Shown here piece by piece: positions 1-10,017 of a stretch of DNA of 64,000 nucleotides. Position 1 is the stretch's first letter; each line of letters starts with the position of its first letter. The stretch is taken from contig JARLIE010000165.1 in assembly GCA_031291875.1 (NCBI GenBank), forward strand, positions 1,119-65,118, given 5' to 3'. The stretch is from Minisyncoccota bacterium. GTDB lineage: Bacteria; Patescibacteriota; Minisyncoccia; Phycocordibacterales; UBA2100. A program made the translations under genes and the position numbers. Under the pieces are notes generated by a model. That model had not been told where the DNA came from and searched no databases. It saw only the letters and a program-made list of their open reading frames with translations.

Positions 1-610
1 CTTGCGATCCGCCCATAATGAAAACAACGGGCGCGCTCTGGTCGAGCTTGAGGAATTCATACCCGCCTTCTTTGGTAGGCGCTTCGATTTCCTTGCGGAT
101 CGGGTGCCCTGTTTGTGCGATGCGATCTCGAACGCGCTCAGGGAATTTTACCGCTGCTTCTGGATGCGCAACGGCGATCCACCTCGCAAACTTCGCCGAC
201 CAAAGAGAAACACGGCCGGGTGTCGCGTCGGCGTCGTAAATCGCGACGGGGATCTTCAGCAATCGAGCGGCATAGAGTGTTGGAAATGCCGCATAGCCGC
301 CCGTCGAAAAAATAATATCCGGATATAGGCCAAAGAGTTGGAAGGTCGCTCGAATGATGCCGAAAAAGGTAGCGACCATACCGAATACGTTGCCGATGCT
401 TCGGTCGCGGTGCATTTTTCCAGCGGCTGACGGCAGGTACTGAATATCGTGTTCGAGCAACGCTCGTTCGTCGAACGGTGTCGGACCCAAATAGTACAGC
501 TCCGGTTCGAGAAGTTTACGTTCGGTGCAGAGGTCTTGGATCGCTTCCGAGACGGCGATCAACGGATAAAAATGTCCGCCTGTTCCCCCGCCTACGAGCA
601 CGATCTTCAT
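1..610 (-). CDS. murG: MurG glycosyltransferase (5' part; runs off the window start)
   Basis: Manual translation from ATG at 610 gives MKIVLVGGGTGGHFYPLIAV (GGTGGH motif); it follows ftsW. Absent from the ORF track because it is truncated. Confidence 0.93.
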   Translation of the reverse strand, partial: MKIVLVGGGTGGHFYPLIAVSEAIQDLCTERKLLEPELYYLGPTPFDERALLEHDIQYLPSAAGKMHRDRSIGNVFGMVATFFGIIRATFQLFGLYPDIIFSTGGYAAFPTLYAARLLKIPVAIYDADATPGRVSLWSAKFARWIAVAHPEAAVKFPERVRDRIAQTGHPIRKEIEAPTKEGGYEFLKLDQSAPVVFIMGGSQ

Positions 611-634
611 GCGTTCATTGTAGCGCTAAAAACC

Positions 635-1750
635 TCAATTTCCAGCGCCTTTTGTCTTCCCTTGTCGAGAAATGCTCAGGAGGATACCGGCGCTCGCGAG
701 TGAGGCGAGCATGGCGCTCCCGCCCTGGGAGACGAACGTGAGCGGGATACCGGTAAGTGGGGCGACGCCCAGCATTGATGCAATATTGAAGAACGCTTCG
801 AAGGTAAGGTACGTGGATATGCCGATACCCAAAAGTGTACCGAACATGTCCGGCGCATGGGCTGCAATGTAAAATCCACGCAAGCAAAATAGTAGGAACA
901 CGATAATAAGCGCGGTGCAGCCGACAAAGCCAAGTTCCTCACCCGCAACTGCGAAGATAGAGTCGCCCATCGGCTCGGGAAGATAGGTGAATTTTTGCAC
1001 GCCTTGCCCCCACCCTCGACCAAAAAATTCTCCTGAACCAATCGCGATTAGGGACTGTTTGATCTGATAGCCTTGCGTCGTCTGGCCCGTTGAAGGGTCG
1101 ATAAACGTATTTACGCGAGCGCGGATGTACGGAGTCGTAACGAAAAGGATTGCGAGTACCGCCGCAGCGCCGACGGCGACCGTCAACAGATGCAAGGGTT
1201 TTGCGCCGGCAACCCAAAAGACGGCAAATACGGCTGCGCAAAGGATCCCAAGCGTACCGATGTCCGGTTGCGCGACCAAAATGAGTGATGGTAATGCAAT
1301 GATTGCCGCGAATCCACCGAGGCCCCATTGCCAGGTACCCACCTTTGAACGCATGGCGGTAAAGTACGCTGCGGCCATCATGACGGACCCTATTTTCATC
1401 GCCTCAGAAGGTTGGAGATTGATGGGACCCACGACGATCCATCTCCTACCGCCCAAGAGTGTGGCACCCACGTGCGGCACGAAGACTAAGGCGGTCAGAA
1501 AAACAGAGAAACCAAATACGTACGGCGCGTAGCGCCTCCAGATTCGATAGTCGATCACTGCGCAAAAGATGAGCGCGACCAATCCGGCTCCAACGCCTAG
1601 TACGAGGTGGTTGAATACAACGGAAGAGATATTGCTTTGGCCACGCGCGAGCAAGCCGAAAGCCGCCGAGGCAAAAATAAGACAGCCGCCGATCAATAAG
1701 ACAACGAGCAAGAGTACCAACACTTTGTCCACGCGAAATGCTTTCTTCAC
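635..1750 (-). CDS. ftsW: FtsW/RodA SEDS peptidoglycan polymerase
   Basis: Multi-TM protein with RWI, QPSE, QPDIGT, YLPEPMGDSIF and GIPLTFVSQGGS motifs; lies between mraY and murG. Confidence 0.92.
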   Translation of the reverse strand: MKKAFRVDKVLVLLLVVLLIGGCLIFASAAFGLLARGQSNISSVVFNHLVLGVGAGLVALIFCAVIDYRIWRRYAPYVFGFSVFLTALVFVPHVGATLLGGRRWIVVGPINLQPSEAMKIGSVMMAAAYFTAMRSKVGTWQWGLGGFAAIIALPSLILVAQPDIGTLGILCAAVFAVFWVAGAKPLHLLTVAVGAAAVLAILFVTTPYIRARVNTFIDPSTGQTTQGYQIKQSLIAIGSGEFFGRGWGQGVQKFTYLPEPMGDSIFAVAGEELGFVGCTALIIVFLLFCLRGFYIAAHAPDMFGTLLGIGISTYLTFEAFFNIASMLGVAPLTGIPLTFVSQGGSAMLASLASAGILLSISRQGKTKGAGN

Positions 1751-1754
1751 AGTG

Positions 1755-2819
1755 TTATTTTACTGCCAGGATTGCGAGCAGGACGCCGGCAAACGCAAGA
1801 ATGATGGAAAGTACCCAGTAGCGCATGACTACTTTGTAGCCAGGCCAGCCGAGCGCCTCGAAATGATGATGGAGTGGTGCGATTTTGAGCAGTTTGCGAT
1901 GAAAAACGCGCTTCCAGATGATCTGCAAGACGTCGGAAAGAACGGTAATAACCAGAAGACCACCAATAATGGGAAGCACGGCTACTCCCACGCCCGAGGC
2001 GAGCTGGTCGGTCATGAAAGCGATCGAACCGAGCGCGAGGGTAAGTGCCATCGTGCCGGTATCGCTCATATAGAAACGCGCGGGCGGAATGTTAAACCAC
2101 AGGAATGCCAAAAGGCCGCCGACGGTTGCCGCGCAAAATGCCGCGAGATCGATTTGGCCGTAATCGTACGCGATGATTGCGTAGGCGCCGAAAATCGAGG
2201 CGAAAACACCGCCGGAGAGTCCGTCGATGCCGTCGATCACGCCCGAGGCGTACAAGCATAGCGAGATGAACATAAAAACAGGCACGATCCCCCAGCCGAG
2301 TGCAAGCGGGGCGGAAAACGGAATATCAATCGTCGTTACGCCGAGTTTTGCCCAAAACCACCACCCGATGAAAAACGAAAGCAGGCACACGATCAAGAGC
2401 CGATAGCGAAGTTGGATACCGCTCCCCTGGGGTCTGATAACAAGGATGTCGTCGATAAGGCCCACGCCGGCGCCGATTAAGAGCGAGGCGAACGGAATCC
2501 ATGTTTCGTTGCGGCTGAGAAAGTTGAGGCTCATGAGGCCGGAGCTTTTAAGAATGAGCGCGAGTGAGGCGATCAAAACCGTAGTGATAGTAATGCTCGC
2601 CCAAACTATAATTCCTCCCATGCGCGGTGCACGGGTCTCATTGACCTGGTGGAGTCGATTGAATTCTTCTGCTGTCTTGCCGTCGAGTGCTCGTTTGCCC
2701 GCCGTCTTCTTCCAAGCTTTGTATTCGTAGAGATAGTGCGAGAGTATGGGTGTCATCGCGATACCGATCAAGAAGGAGAAGGTTGCCGGGAGCAGCACTC
2801 GTTCAAGCTCGGAAAACAT
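1755..2819 (-). CDS. mraY: Phospho-N-acetylmuramoyl-pentapeptide transferase
   Basis: PRMGG, GLIDD, DGIDGL, YMSDTG and APLHHHFE motifs. Confidence 0.95.
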   Translation of the reverse strand: MFSELERVLLPATFSFLIGIAMTPILSHYLYEYKAWKKTAGKRALDGKTAEEFNRLHQVNETRAPRMGGIIVWASITITTVLIASLALILKSSGLMSLNFLSRNETWIPFASLLIGAGVGLIDDILVIRPQGSGIQLRYRLLIVCLLSFFIGWWFWAKLGVTTIDIPFSAPLALGWGIVPVFMFISLCLYASGVIDGIDGLSGGVFASIFGAYAIIAYDYGQIDLAAFCAATVGGLLAFLWFNIPPARFYMSDTGTMALTLALGSIAFMTDQLASGVGVAVLPIIGGLLVITVLSDVLQIIWKRVFHRKLLKIAPLHHHFEALGWPGYKVVMRYWVLSIILAFAGVLLAILAVK

Positions 2820-2833
2820 GGCTTTATTGTACC

Positions 2834-3823
2834 CTATTTCCCCTGCTGTACTGCTTCTTGGGCAGCGGGAATCAGCTGCTCCATATCCGTGAAGCGACCA
2901 TCTTGCGTTGAGCCTAATACAATAGCTACCACCTCATGGCCGCCGGTCGTAAAGACGATCGCGAGATTGCCTCCTGCGAGATCGGTGTATCCCGTTTTGC
3001 CCATTATGATTCCCGGAATTTTATCGAGCACGGTGTCGGTATTGACCCCTGTCGCTACAGTGCCCGTTGTTGAGCGAACGGTCACTTGCGGTTGCGCGGT
3101 TGCTCCGAACGTGCCCGGCGAGGTCGTCGCTGCATAACCGTAGAGGATTGCCATATCGTGCGCGGAACCGTATGCACCGGATTGGGTCGTGGAGAGATCG
3201 AGGCCGCTGTCATTCAAAAAATACGTATTCGTAAGTCCGAGCTGCTGGGCGATGTTGTTCATGCGCCAAACAGTGGCGTTTTGCTGCGGAGATTGCGGGA
3301 ATTGCTGGTGGATGGTGTCGTTGGCAGACGAGGCGAGCAGATCCGCACCGTCGTCGGACGAGGCGGTAAGGGTGAAGCTAATGACATCGCTAAGCGCCCA
3401 CGTTTGTCCGGCCGGTAAGCGAGCGGTGCCTCCACCTGGCGGCGCGTCGTATTTTGCCGGTGTCGCTATCAGAGTGTCAGGTTGCAACGCACCACTCACC
3501 GCAAGGACAAGCGCGACCTTGGTGAGCGACGCGAGCGGGAGCTGCGCATTCGCATTTTGCGAGTACAGGTCTTTGCCCGTCGTGAGGTCGAGCACGTACG
3601 CGCTCTTTGCGATGAGGGTGGTTGAAGCAAATGGATCGGGTTGTTCTTGCGTTTCAATCACCGACGCAGTTTGCGCGGGAGACGGGGCAGGATAGATGAA
3701 TCCGGCGAAGGAATAGGCACAAAAAAACGCTATCGCACCGAGAGAAAGTACCGCAACGGCAGCGCCAGCGAGGCGCAATGAGTCAGTTTCCTTCCGGTTC
3801 TCGTGCGGTTGTTGAGTTTCCAT
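2834..3823 (-). CDS. D-alanyl-D-alanine carboxypeptidase family (peptidase S11), N-terminally anchored
   Basis: ASLTK (SxxK) and GKTGYT (KTG) motifs plus an N-terminal TM. Start moved to METQQ at 3823. Confidence 0.85.
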   Translation of the reverse strand: METQQPHENRKETDSLRLAGAAVAVLSLGAIAFFCAYSFAGFIYPAPSPAQTASVIETQEQPDPFASTTLIAKSAYVLDLTTGKDLYSQNANAQLPLASLTKVALVLAVSGALQPDTLIATPAKYDAPPGGGTARLPAGQTWALSDVISFTLTASSDDGADLLASSANDTIHQQFPQSPQQNATVWRMNNIAQQLGLTNTYFLNDSGLDLSTTQSGAYGSAHDMAILYGYAATTSPGTFGATAQPQVTVRSTTGTVATGVNTDTVLDKIPGIIMGKTGYTDLAGGNLAIVFTTGGHEVVAIVLGSTQDGRFTDMEQLIPAAQEAVQQGK

Positions 3824-4379
3824 GGCCAAACGGCTCGCTCGCCTTCTGTGCTTGTTCGAACGAAGCCAATTCGCCGCGGATTGTATCATATTCTGGCAAT
3901 CCCTGCGCGGAGGTTACGCCCAAATAAGCGAGCAATTCAGCCGTGGGACGGTAGAGGTATTCTCGCGCATCGTCCGGGTTGCCGGCGCGCTCAAGAAGGC
4001 CACGGGCAAGCAAATTGCGAACAGAGGTCGAGGAGTTAACGCCGCGGACATAGTCGATTTGCGCACGGGTCGATGGGCCGCGATACAAAATAATCGCGAG
4101 CACCTCAAGACCCGCCTCCCCTATTTCTTTACCGAGTTCCTTTTGGAAAGCCTTTTCGAGGGATTCGTGCGCCGCCGGCGCGACGGCAAGCGCGATTTCC
4201 GTATCAGTGGTAATCACAGTAATACCTCGTCCCGCAACAGCATCTCGTAAAGTCGTGACGGCAACGTCGAGCTCTTCCGGCTTACATTCTAGAAGCTGGA
4301 GTAATTTCTTTCTCGAGAGCGAACCTCCCTCTGCAAAAAGAAAAGCTTCGAGCTTGATCGCAAGTTCTGAGGTGTTCAT
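3783..4379 (-). CDS. scpB: SMC-Scp complex subunit ScpB
   Basis: LEVLAIILYRGP..RAQIDYVRGVNS motif; adjacent to scpA. Confidence 0.92.
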   Translation of the reverse strand: MNTSELAIKLEAFLFAEGGSLSRKKLLQLLECKPEELDVAVTTLRDAVAGRGITVITTDTEIALAVAPAAHESLEKAFQKELGKEIGEAGLEVLAIILYRGPSTRAQIDYVRGVNSSTSVRNLLARGLLERAGNPDDAREYLYRPTAELLAYLGVTSAQGLPEYDTIRGELASFEQAQKASEPFGHGNSTTAREPEGN

Positions 4380-5116
4380 ACGCCGAATTTTGGAACGCCG
4401 GAGACGTTCTCGAGTTCTATTGTAATATCACTGAATAATTTTTCCTGTGTGACACTTGCGTTGCCGTGACGCACGAGCTCCAGCATGGCCAAGAAGTGCA
4501 CGATCCGTGATTCCTTGTCAGCGCCGTGCGTGAGTTCGCTGAATCGGGTCCTAAATGCGCGCTCGAGACGAGTTTTCAAACTTTCGATTACATCTTCAAG
4601 GGCCAAAACGGGGGCGATGGCTGCCTGTATGAGGGCATCTGGTTTGGGCAATGTATTCAAAATTCTGCGTGCCGCAGAAAGCACTGTTGCGAGCGAGGTT
4701 TCCGACGGTGTAAAAACCGGCTGCCGATCCGGCGCTCGCTTGGGCAGTATGAGCGGCACCCTGCCCCACTCCTTGCGCAACGCCTTTGCCGCTTTACGGA
4801 AAATCGCGTACTGCGCGAGACGTCGTTCGAGTTCTTCCACCGACTCACGCTCCTCTTGTGAGAGCTCAAGAGTGGGCAGAAGCGTTCGGGATTTGATAAG
4901 GAGCAGTGTCGAGGCGACGAGAATAAACTGAGCGGTTTCGCCGAGCGGCAGCTCAGGAAGATTTTCAACGTATGCGAGGTATGCGTCGCAAACTTGCGAG
5001 AGTGAGATTTCGGACACCGGCATCTTTCTCTCCTCGATCAGGTTGAGTAGCGCTTCGAGCGGTCCTTGAAATTTTTCCGTTGCGAGCTCAAACCTGCCCG
5101 CGAAGTTTTCGGTCAT
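4376..5116 (-). CDS. scpA: Segregation/condensation kleisin ScpA
   Basis: N-terminal FQGPLEALLNLI, LLLIKSRTLLP, and C-terminal FLAMLEL. Confidence 0.92.
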   Translation of the reverse strand: MTENFAGRFELATEKFQGPLEALLNLIEERKMPVSEISLSQVCDAYLAYVENLPELPLGETAQFILVASTLLLIKSRTLLPTLELSQEERESVEELERRLAQYAIFRKAAKALRKEWGRVPLILPKRAPDRQPVFTPSETSLATVLSAARRILNTLPKPDALIQAAIAPVLALEDVIESLKTRLERAFRTRFSELTHGADKESRIVHFLAMLELVRHGNASVTQEKLFSDITIELENVSGVPKFGV

Positions 5117-6444
5117 GCGTCGGTTCGATTTTCCGAAAGCGGGTAATCGATTCGGTTCATATCGCGTGGGAACATCGTCGCTTCACGAATGTTTTTGAGA
5201 CCGAGAATTTGCATCGTCATGCGCTCTGCGCCGAAGGCAAACCCACCTTCCGGCGGTACCCCGTAGCGAAACGCTTCGAGGAACATAGCGATCTTTTGGG
5301 GATCCATGTTCCAGAGCTGGACGTGCTCCATAAGTTGCTCGTAGTCGTTAATGCGACGGCCGCCCGAGAGCCACTCCACGCCTCGGCATAAAAGGTCCAT
5401 ACCTTCGTTAAACTCAGGCTGCTCGGGATTCGGATACACATAGAAGGGTTTCTGACGCGTCGGGTAGCCATAGACGTAGACGAAGTCCGAACCCGTTTCC
5501 TCTTTTACAAGCTCGCACAACCGACGCTCCTGTTCGGGATTCAGATCTTTGTCTTCAGGGACGCCAAGTTTTTGAAAAACTTCCGTGAGCGAATAGGTCG
5601 GGGTCTTCTCGAGCATTACCGGCACCGTTGTGCCAAGGAACTCGAGTTCTTTTGCACACTGCTCACTTACTCTCTGGAGGATAAAGCGCACGGTGGCTTC
5701 GGACATATCGCGCACATCGGTCCATGAATCGATGAAGCCCATTTCGGCGTCGAGCGAAACGATTTCCGTGAGGTGGCGGGTCGTTGTGCTCGGCTCCGCG
5801 CGAAAAACTTTGTTGACTGAAAATACGCGCTCGAACGCGGTCATAACGATCTGCTTGTAGAGCTGCGGAGATTGCGTGAGGTATGCCTTTTTGTCGAAGT
5901 ACTCTACCTGGAATACTTCCGCACCTCCTTCTGCGGTTGCTGGCGCTATCGCCGGGGCTTGGAATTCGAAGAAGCCTTCTTTCTTCATAAATTCCCGGAA
6001 CGAATCTATGATGACGGCCTGTACCTTGAAGATTGCCTGGAAGCGCGGGTGTCGCAGTGTCAGTGCGCGGTGGTCGAGCTCGGTGGGAAGATCAAGGTTG
6101 AAACCGTCGACCGACATGTCGAACGGAAGCGGCTCTGCCTTGGCGAGCACAGTGATCGAATCGATCGCGAGTTCAATATCTCCGTTTTCAACTTTCGCGT
6201 TTACGTTTTTCTCCGGTCGCGTGTTCACTATACCCTCGATCGAAAGCACGTATTCGACGCGAATATCCTTTGCACTTTCAAACGCGCCGCTTTTGGGTGG
6301 TACAACGGTTTGAATCGTGCCGCTGCGGTCGCGGATATCAAAAAAGACGAGCTTGCCCTGATCGCGACGAACGCTGACCCAGCCCTTGATCGTGACGCTT
6401 TCGCCGAGGTGCTGCTTGAGATCTTTAATGAGTGTTCTTTGCAT
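5113..6444 (-). CDS. aspS: Aspartyl-tRNA synthetase, short archaeal-type (probably non-discriminating)
   Basis: OB-fold N-terminus, QSPQLYKQ, FRAE, PPEGGFAFGAER and FPRD; 443 aa with no GAD insertion. Confidence 0.88.
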   Translation of the reverse strand: MQRTLIKDLKQHLGESVTIKGWVSVRRDQGKLVFFDIRDRSGTIQTVVPPKSGAFESAKDIRVEYVLSIEGIVNTRPEKNVNAKVENGDIELAIDSITVLAKAEPLPFDMSVDGFNLDLPTELDHRALTLRHPRFQAIFKVQAVIIDSFREFMKKEGFFEFQAPAIAPATAEGGAEVFQVEYFDKKAYLTQSPQLYKQIVMTAFERVFSVNKVFRAEPSTTTRHLTEIVSLDAEMGFIDSWTDVRDMSEATVRFILQRVSEQCAKELEFLGTTVPVMLEKTPTYSLTEVFQKLGVPEDKDLNPEQERRLCELVKEETGSDFVYVYGYPTRQKPFYVYPNPEQPEFNEGMDLLCRGVEWLSGGRRINDYEQLMEHVQLWNMDPQKIAMFLEAFRYGVPPEGGFAFGAERMTMQILGLKNIREATMFPRDMNRIDYPLSENRTDA

Positions 6445-6445
6445 A

Positions 6446-7393
6446 CTAGTCGTTGAACGAGACGCCGATTTTTTGGCGTACGTCTTTCATTTTTGCCGAT
6501 GCGAGTTCGCGCGCTTTCTCGCTCCCCTCTTTTAGAACGCGAATAACCGTCTCATCCGATATGTTCGCGCGTCTCTCACGAATCGGCGCAACAAACGCCT
6601 CAATGTCCGCAATGAGCGCTTCTTTGCTGGCCTTGTAGTTGCCCTTATTCGCGGTGTACACAGGCGCGAGCTCTTCTCGGCTCTTGAAAAGCAAGTGGAT
6701 ATTGTAAACGTTGCTCGGGCTCTCGCCGCCGGAGTCGGTGATGATCGCCATAACCGCTTTTGTGATCTCGTCTTTTGTCGCAAAAAGCGGAATCGTATTG
6801 CCGTAACTCTTACTCATCTTTCTGCCGTCGGTGCCCGGCACCACGGCGACATCTTTTTGGATCATCTCTTTGGGCTCTTTGAACGTTTCGCCGAATGTCG
6901 TATTGAATTTATGTGCGATTTCACGGGCATATTCGATGTGCTGTCGTTGGTCTTCACCGACCGGGACGACGTCGGTATCGTAGAGAACGATGTCCGCCGC
7001 CATAAGTGTCGGATAGGTAAAGAGTCCGACAGTCGCTTCTTTTCCTTTTCCCGCCGTATCTTTGTACGCGTGTCCAAGTTCGAGTAGTGACATCGGGATG
7101 ATGGCGTTGAAGATCCACGAAAGTTCTGTGTGTTCGGAAACGTCGGATTGCTTGAATATCACGGCCTTTCTCGGGTCTACGCCGACGGCGAGGTAATCCC
7201 TCACGATGTCGATCGTGTTTTCGTGCATGAGCTTAGGGTCGCGGACGGTCGTGAGCGCGTGATAATCCACGGCGCATAGGAAACTCTCGTAGTCTTCATA
7301 CAAGTCCAAAAAGAGCTTCAGCGCGCCAAAATAGTTACCGATGTGAAGGGTACCCGAAGGCTGCAAGCCCGTAAAAAGCCGTTTTCGCGCCAT
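6446..7393 (-). CDS. trpS: Tryptophanyl-tRNA synthetase
   Basis: HIGN and KMSKS motifs; VPVGEDQRQH. Confidence 0.96.
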   Translation of the reverse strand: MARKRLFTGLQPSGTLHIGNYFGALKLFLDLYEDYESFLCAVDYHALTTVRDPKLMHENTIDIVRDYLAVGVDPRKAVIFKQSDVSEHTELSWIFNAIIPMSLLELGHAYKDTAGKGKEATVGLFTYPTLMAADIVLYDTDVVPVGEDQRQHIEYAREIAHKFNTTFGETFKEPKEMIQKDVAVVPGTDGRKMSKSYGNTIPLFATKDEITKAVMAIITDSGGESPSNVYNIHLLFKSREELAPVYTANKGNYKASKEALIADIEAFVAPIRERRANISDETVIRVLKEGSEKARELASAKMKDVRQKIGVSFND

Positions 7394-7402
7394 ATTTCAC
7401 CA

Positions 7403-8974
7403 CTATACCGTATGAAGCTCGATTATGAAACGAGATCCCTTGTCCTTACCGTCGGATTCCGCCCAGATTTTGCCGCCCATGCCTTCGATGAAGGTTTTGG
7501 CTAAGTAGAGGCCCAAGCCAGTCCCTAAGAGGTTCATCTTTTGTGCATCAGCTCGCGAGAACTTTTGAAAAAGATTCGAAATGGTTTCCTGCGGAATGCC
7601 CACGCCGGTGTCCGCAACCACAACCCGTGCCATGCCATTGCGCTTTTCGATCGAGACAGTGACACCGCCCGATTTGGTGTATTTAGTGGAATTGTCGATC
7701 AGGTTGCCGACTACTTCACGGAGTTTCGCTTCGTCGGCGTAGGTCATAAGCCCTGGGAAATCTATTTTGACGTCGAGACCCAGCCCTTTTTCGCGCGCGT
7801 GCGCCTTAAAGCCTTCGCCGATGCTCGCGATGGTTTTGCCGAGATCGATTGCGGCGACGTTGTAAGAAATTTGCCCGAGCTCGAGCTTGGATTTGTTGAG
7901 GAATTCTGAAATCAGCGAAAGCACGGTGTCGCCGTTGACCTGGATCTTTTCGGCGATGTCGCGCACTTGGTCGCTCACCTCCCCTGCGGTACCGTCGGCA
8001 AGAAGCGACGCATAGCCGCGCATCGCGGTAATTGGATTGCGGATTTCATGCGAAGCGAAGGACATGAATTCCGATTTTTCGTTGGACAGCCGTTCGATTT
8101 CTTCGCGCTGCTCCACCTCTTTGACGACACTGCGAACCATGAGCACGGAAAACGCGAGCACGAGACAAAAGACGCTCGCGTGGAAAAGTATTTGGGTGCC
8201 GCCAGTGGAGAGTACGACTTCAAGGAGGGTTGCGACGGAAAGCAGGAACGCCACGACCTCGGTCGCAAGTACTTTTACGTTGAGGAGGTGGTAGCGGAAT
8301 ATCGCATAAGCGGTGCAGGCAATAAGCGGGAAAATAAACAGTGCGGAAAGCGGCAAAAAGCGCGCGTCGTTGAATCCGGCAGGCAGAATGATATTGAAGG
8401 TGACGATGCACAGGAACGTGAGAAGTGTTCCGATACACATCATCAAAACTTGTCGTCGCTCGACGTCTTTGCTATTGACGACTTTGCGCACCAAAGTGAC
8501 GATGCCGGCGATAATAAATGCAAGGACAAGGATAGCGAAGAGCGCGATGCCCGGGCCATTTTGAATTTGTGTCACGACACCGGTAGCCGAGGTTGCTTGT
8601 ACCTGATCGAAAACCAGTGGCGTGAGTGTGAGTAGCGAAGTCAGCGCAACGATCGGTATGAGCACGAATTTGTAGGTTTTCGAAAACGGCACTTGGGATT
8701 CGGGAAATACATAGCACAGTTGAAAGAACGTGAACGCGTGCCAACAACCAATGAAAATGATTGCACGTACGATCCAAAGCCCGATGAGAGACGGCGTCGA
8801 TTGGTATTGTGCGTAATTCGCTGCACTCCAGAGGATTGTAATTAGCGAGAATGCGAGAAACGTGCGATTCGTGATACTGGCCTGGTTGTTGAAATAAATC
8901 GTAAAACCTAACAGGCCGATGCCGGCGGCGGTGATCCCCACCGAAAGAAGATCGAGATTGAATGCGAATATCAT
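7403..8974 (-). CDS. Sensor histidine kinase with a multi-TM (HisKA_7TM-like) input domain
   Basis: About 9-10 hydrophobic segments, then H-box ASHEIRNP, N-box NLIDNSTKYT, DTGVGI and GTGLGL. Start at 8974 overlaps the upstream stop (ATGA). Confidence 0.9.
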   Translation of the reverse strand: MIFAFNLDLLSVGITAAGIGLLGFTIYFNNQASITNRTFLAFSLITILWSAANYAQYQSTPSLIGLWIVRAIIFIGCWHAFTFFQLCYVFPESQVPFSKTYKFVLIPIVALTSLLTLTPLVFDQVQATSATGVVTQIQNGPGIALFAILVLAFIIAGIVTLVRKVVNSKDVERRQVLMMCIGTLLTFLCIVTFNIILPAGFNDARFLPLSALFIFPLIACTAYAIFRYHLLNVKVLATEVVAFLLSVATLLEVVLSTGGTQILFHASVFCLVLAFSVLMVRSVVKEVEQREEIERLSNEKSEFMSFASHEIRNPITAMRGYASLLADGTAGEVSDQVRDIAEKIQVNGDTVLSLISEFLNKSKLELGQISYNVAAIDLGKTIASIGEGFKAHAREKGLGLDVKIDFPGLMTYADEAKLREVVGNLIDNSTKYTKSGGVTVSIEKRNGMARVVVADTGVGIPQETISNLFQKFSRADAQKMNLLGTGLGLYLAKTFIEGMGGKIWAESDGKDKGSRFIIELHTV

Positions 8975-10017
8975 ACGGCGAGTAGCCCGGGAGGCTTTCT
9001 GTTCGATCGCGCGGTCGCGGGCCGGATCGGTTCCCCTATGCGCAGGAGCATGGCGATCGTCCCCTCTTTGCATTCGAAGGCGTCGTAAATCACGCGACGG
9101 GCTTCAAGAATGCGCGCCTGTACGTCCGGTTCAAGCCTGATGTTCGAACCGAGGCGTAGATACTCGGCAAGGTAGAGTAACCCGGCGAGCGGTTGCGCCG
9201 CGAAGTCATCGTTTACAACTTTGAGCCATGCGCGCTCAAACGCTCTACCTGCGCTAATGTAATCGCGAGATTCTGTTCGATCGATGCTGATCGCGACGAT
9301 CGCGCCAGAGGATGCATAAACTGCGGCATTACTCTTTGCGGCCATGGAGGCGAAGCCAATCGCGTTCAGTGCTCGCATAATCGGCCAATACTTGATGAGT
9401 TTGAAAAGAAACTGGATCGGAGGTGGTAATTCCGTGGTTTTGATATACAAACCGGGCTCGCCATTTTTGTTCTTATGCGCGTCCCATAGAATGCTCTGGA
9501 AGAAAAAATAGTGCAGCTCCTTCGTTCGCAACGCGGCCTCTTCCATCATGCTGACGGCGTTCGCGATCGCTTCAATACGTTTACGATCAGTAACAACGTT
9601 TATGTGTGCACTGCCGACTTCTAGTGCACGCAGCCCATCAAGTATCTCTTCAGAGATCTCCGTTTTATAGGCGCCTCGATTGGTGTGCCGCTTTGCAACG
9701 GCGTCGATCAGTGGATGGTTCGGGCGAATATGACCAACAAATTTCACGATTGCCGCAGCATGCGTGTCGAGCGGCGACGATACATCGCACAAGAGCCCCT
9801 CGTGTTCGGCTGCGATCAATAGGTTTTCGATTACTGCGCCGAGAGAAAGATAGGTTCCTCGAGATTCAACATTGAGGATAGCGTGATCGCGTTCCGGATG
9901 CACGAATATATCGATTTCGTCGTCGTGCGCGCGGAACGACCACGGCTGTGAGTTGTCGCCGGAGGGAGCTTGTACTGCTGCACGAAGGATGCGTTCGAGA
10001 CGATCCTGTTCGATCAT
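8971..10017 (-). CDS. Acg-like tandem nitroreductase-fold flavoprotein
   Basis: APSGDNSQPW and RHTNR motifs; GRAFERAWL in the second repeat. Confidence 0.85.
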   Translation of the reverse strand: MIEQDRLERILRAAVQAPSGDNSQPWSFRAHDDEIDIFVHPERDHAILNVESRGTYLSLGAVIENLLIAAEHEGLLCDVSSPLDTHAAAIVKFVGHIRPNHPLIDAVAKRHTNRGAYKTEISEEILDGLRALEVGSAHINVVTDRKRIEAIANAVSMMEEAALRTKELHYFFFQSILWDAHKNKNGEPGLYIKTTELPPPIQFLFKLIKYWPIMRALNAIGFASMAAKSNAAVYASSGAIVAISIDRTESRDYISAGRAFERAWLKVVNDDFAAQPLAGLLYLAEYLRLGSNIRLEPDVQARILEARRVIYDAFECKEGTIAMLLRIGEPIRPATARSNRKPPGLLAV

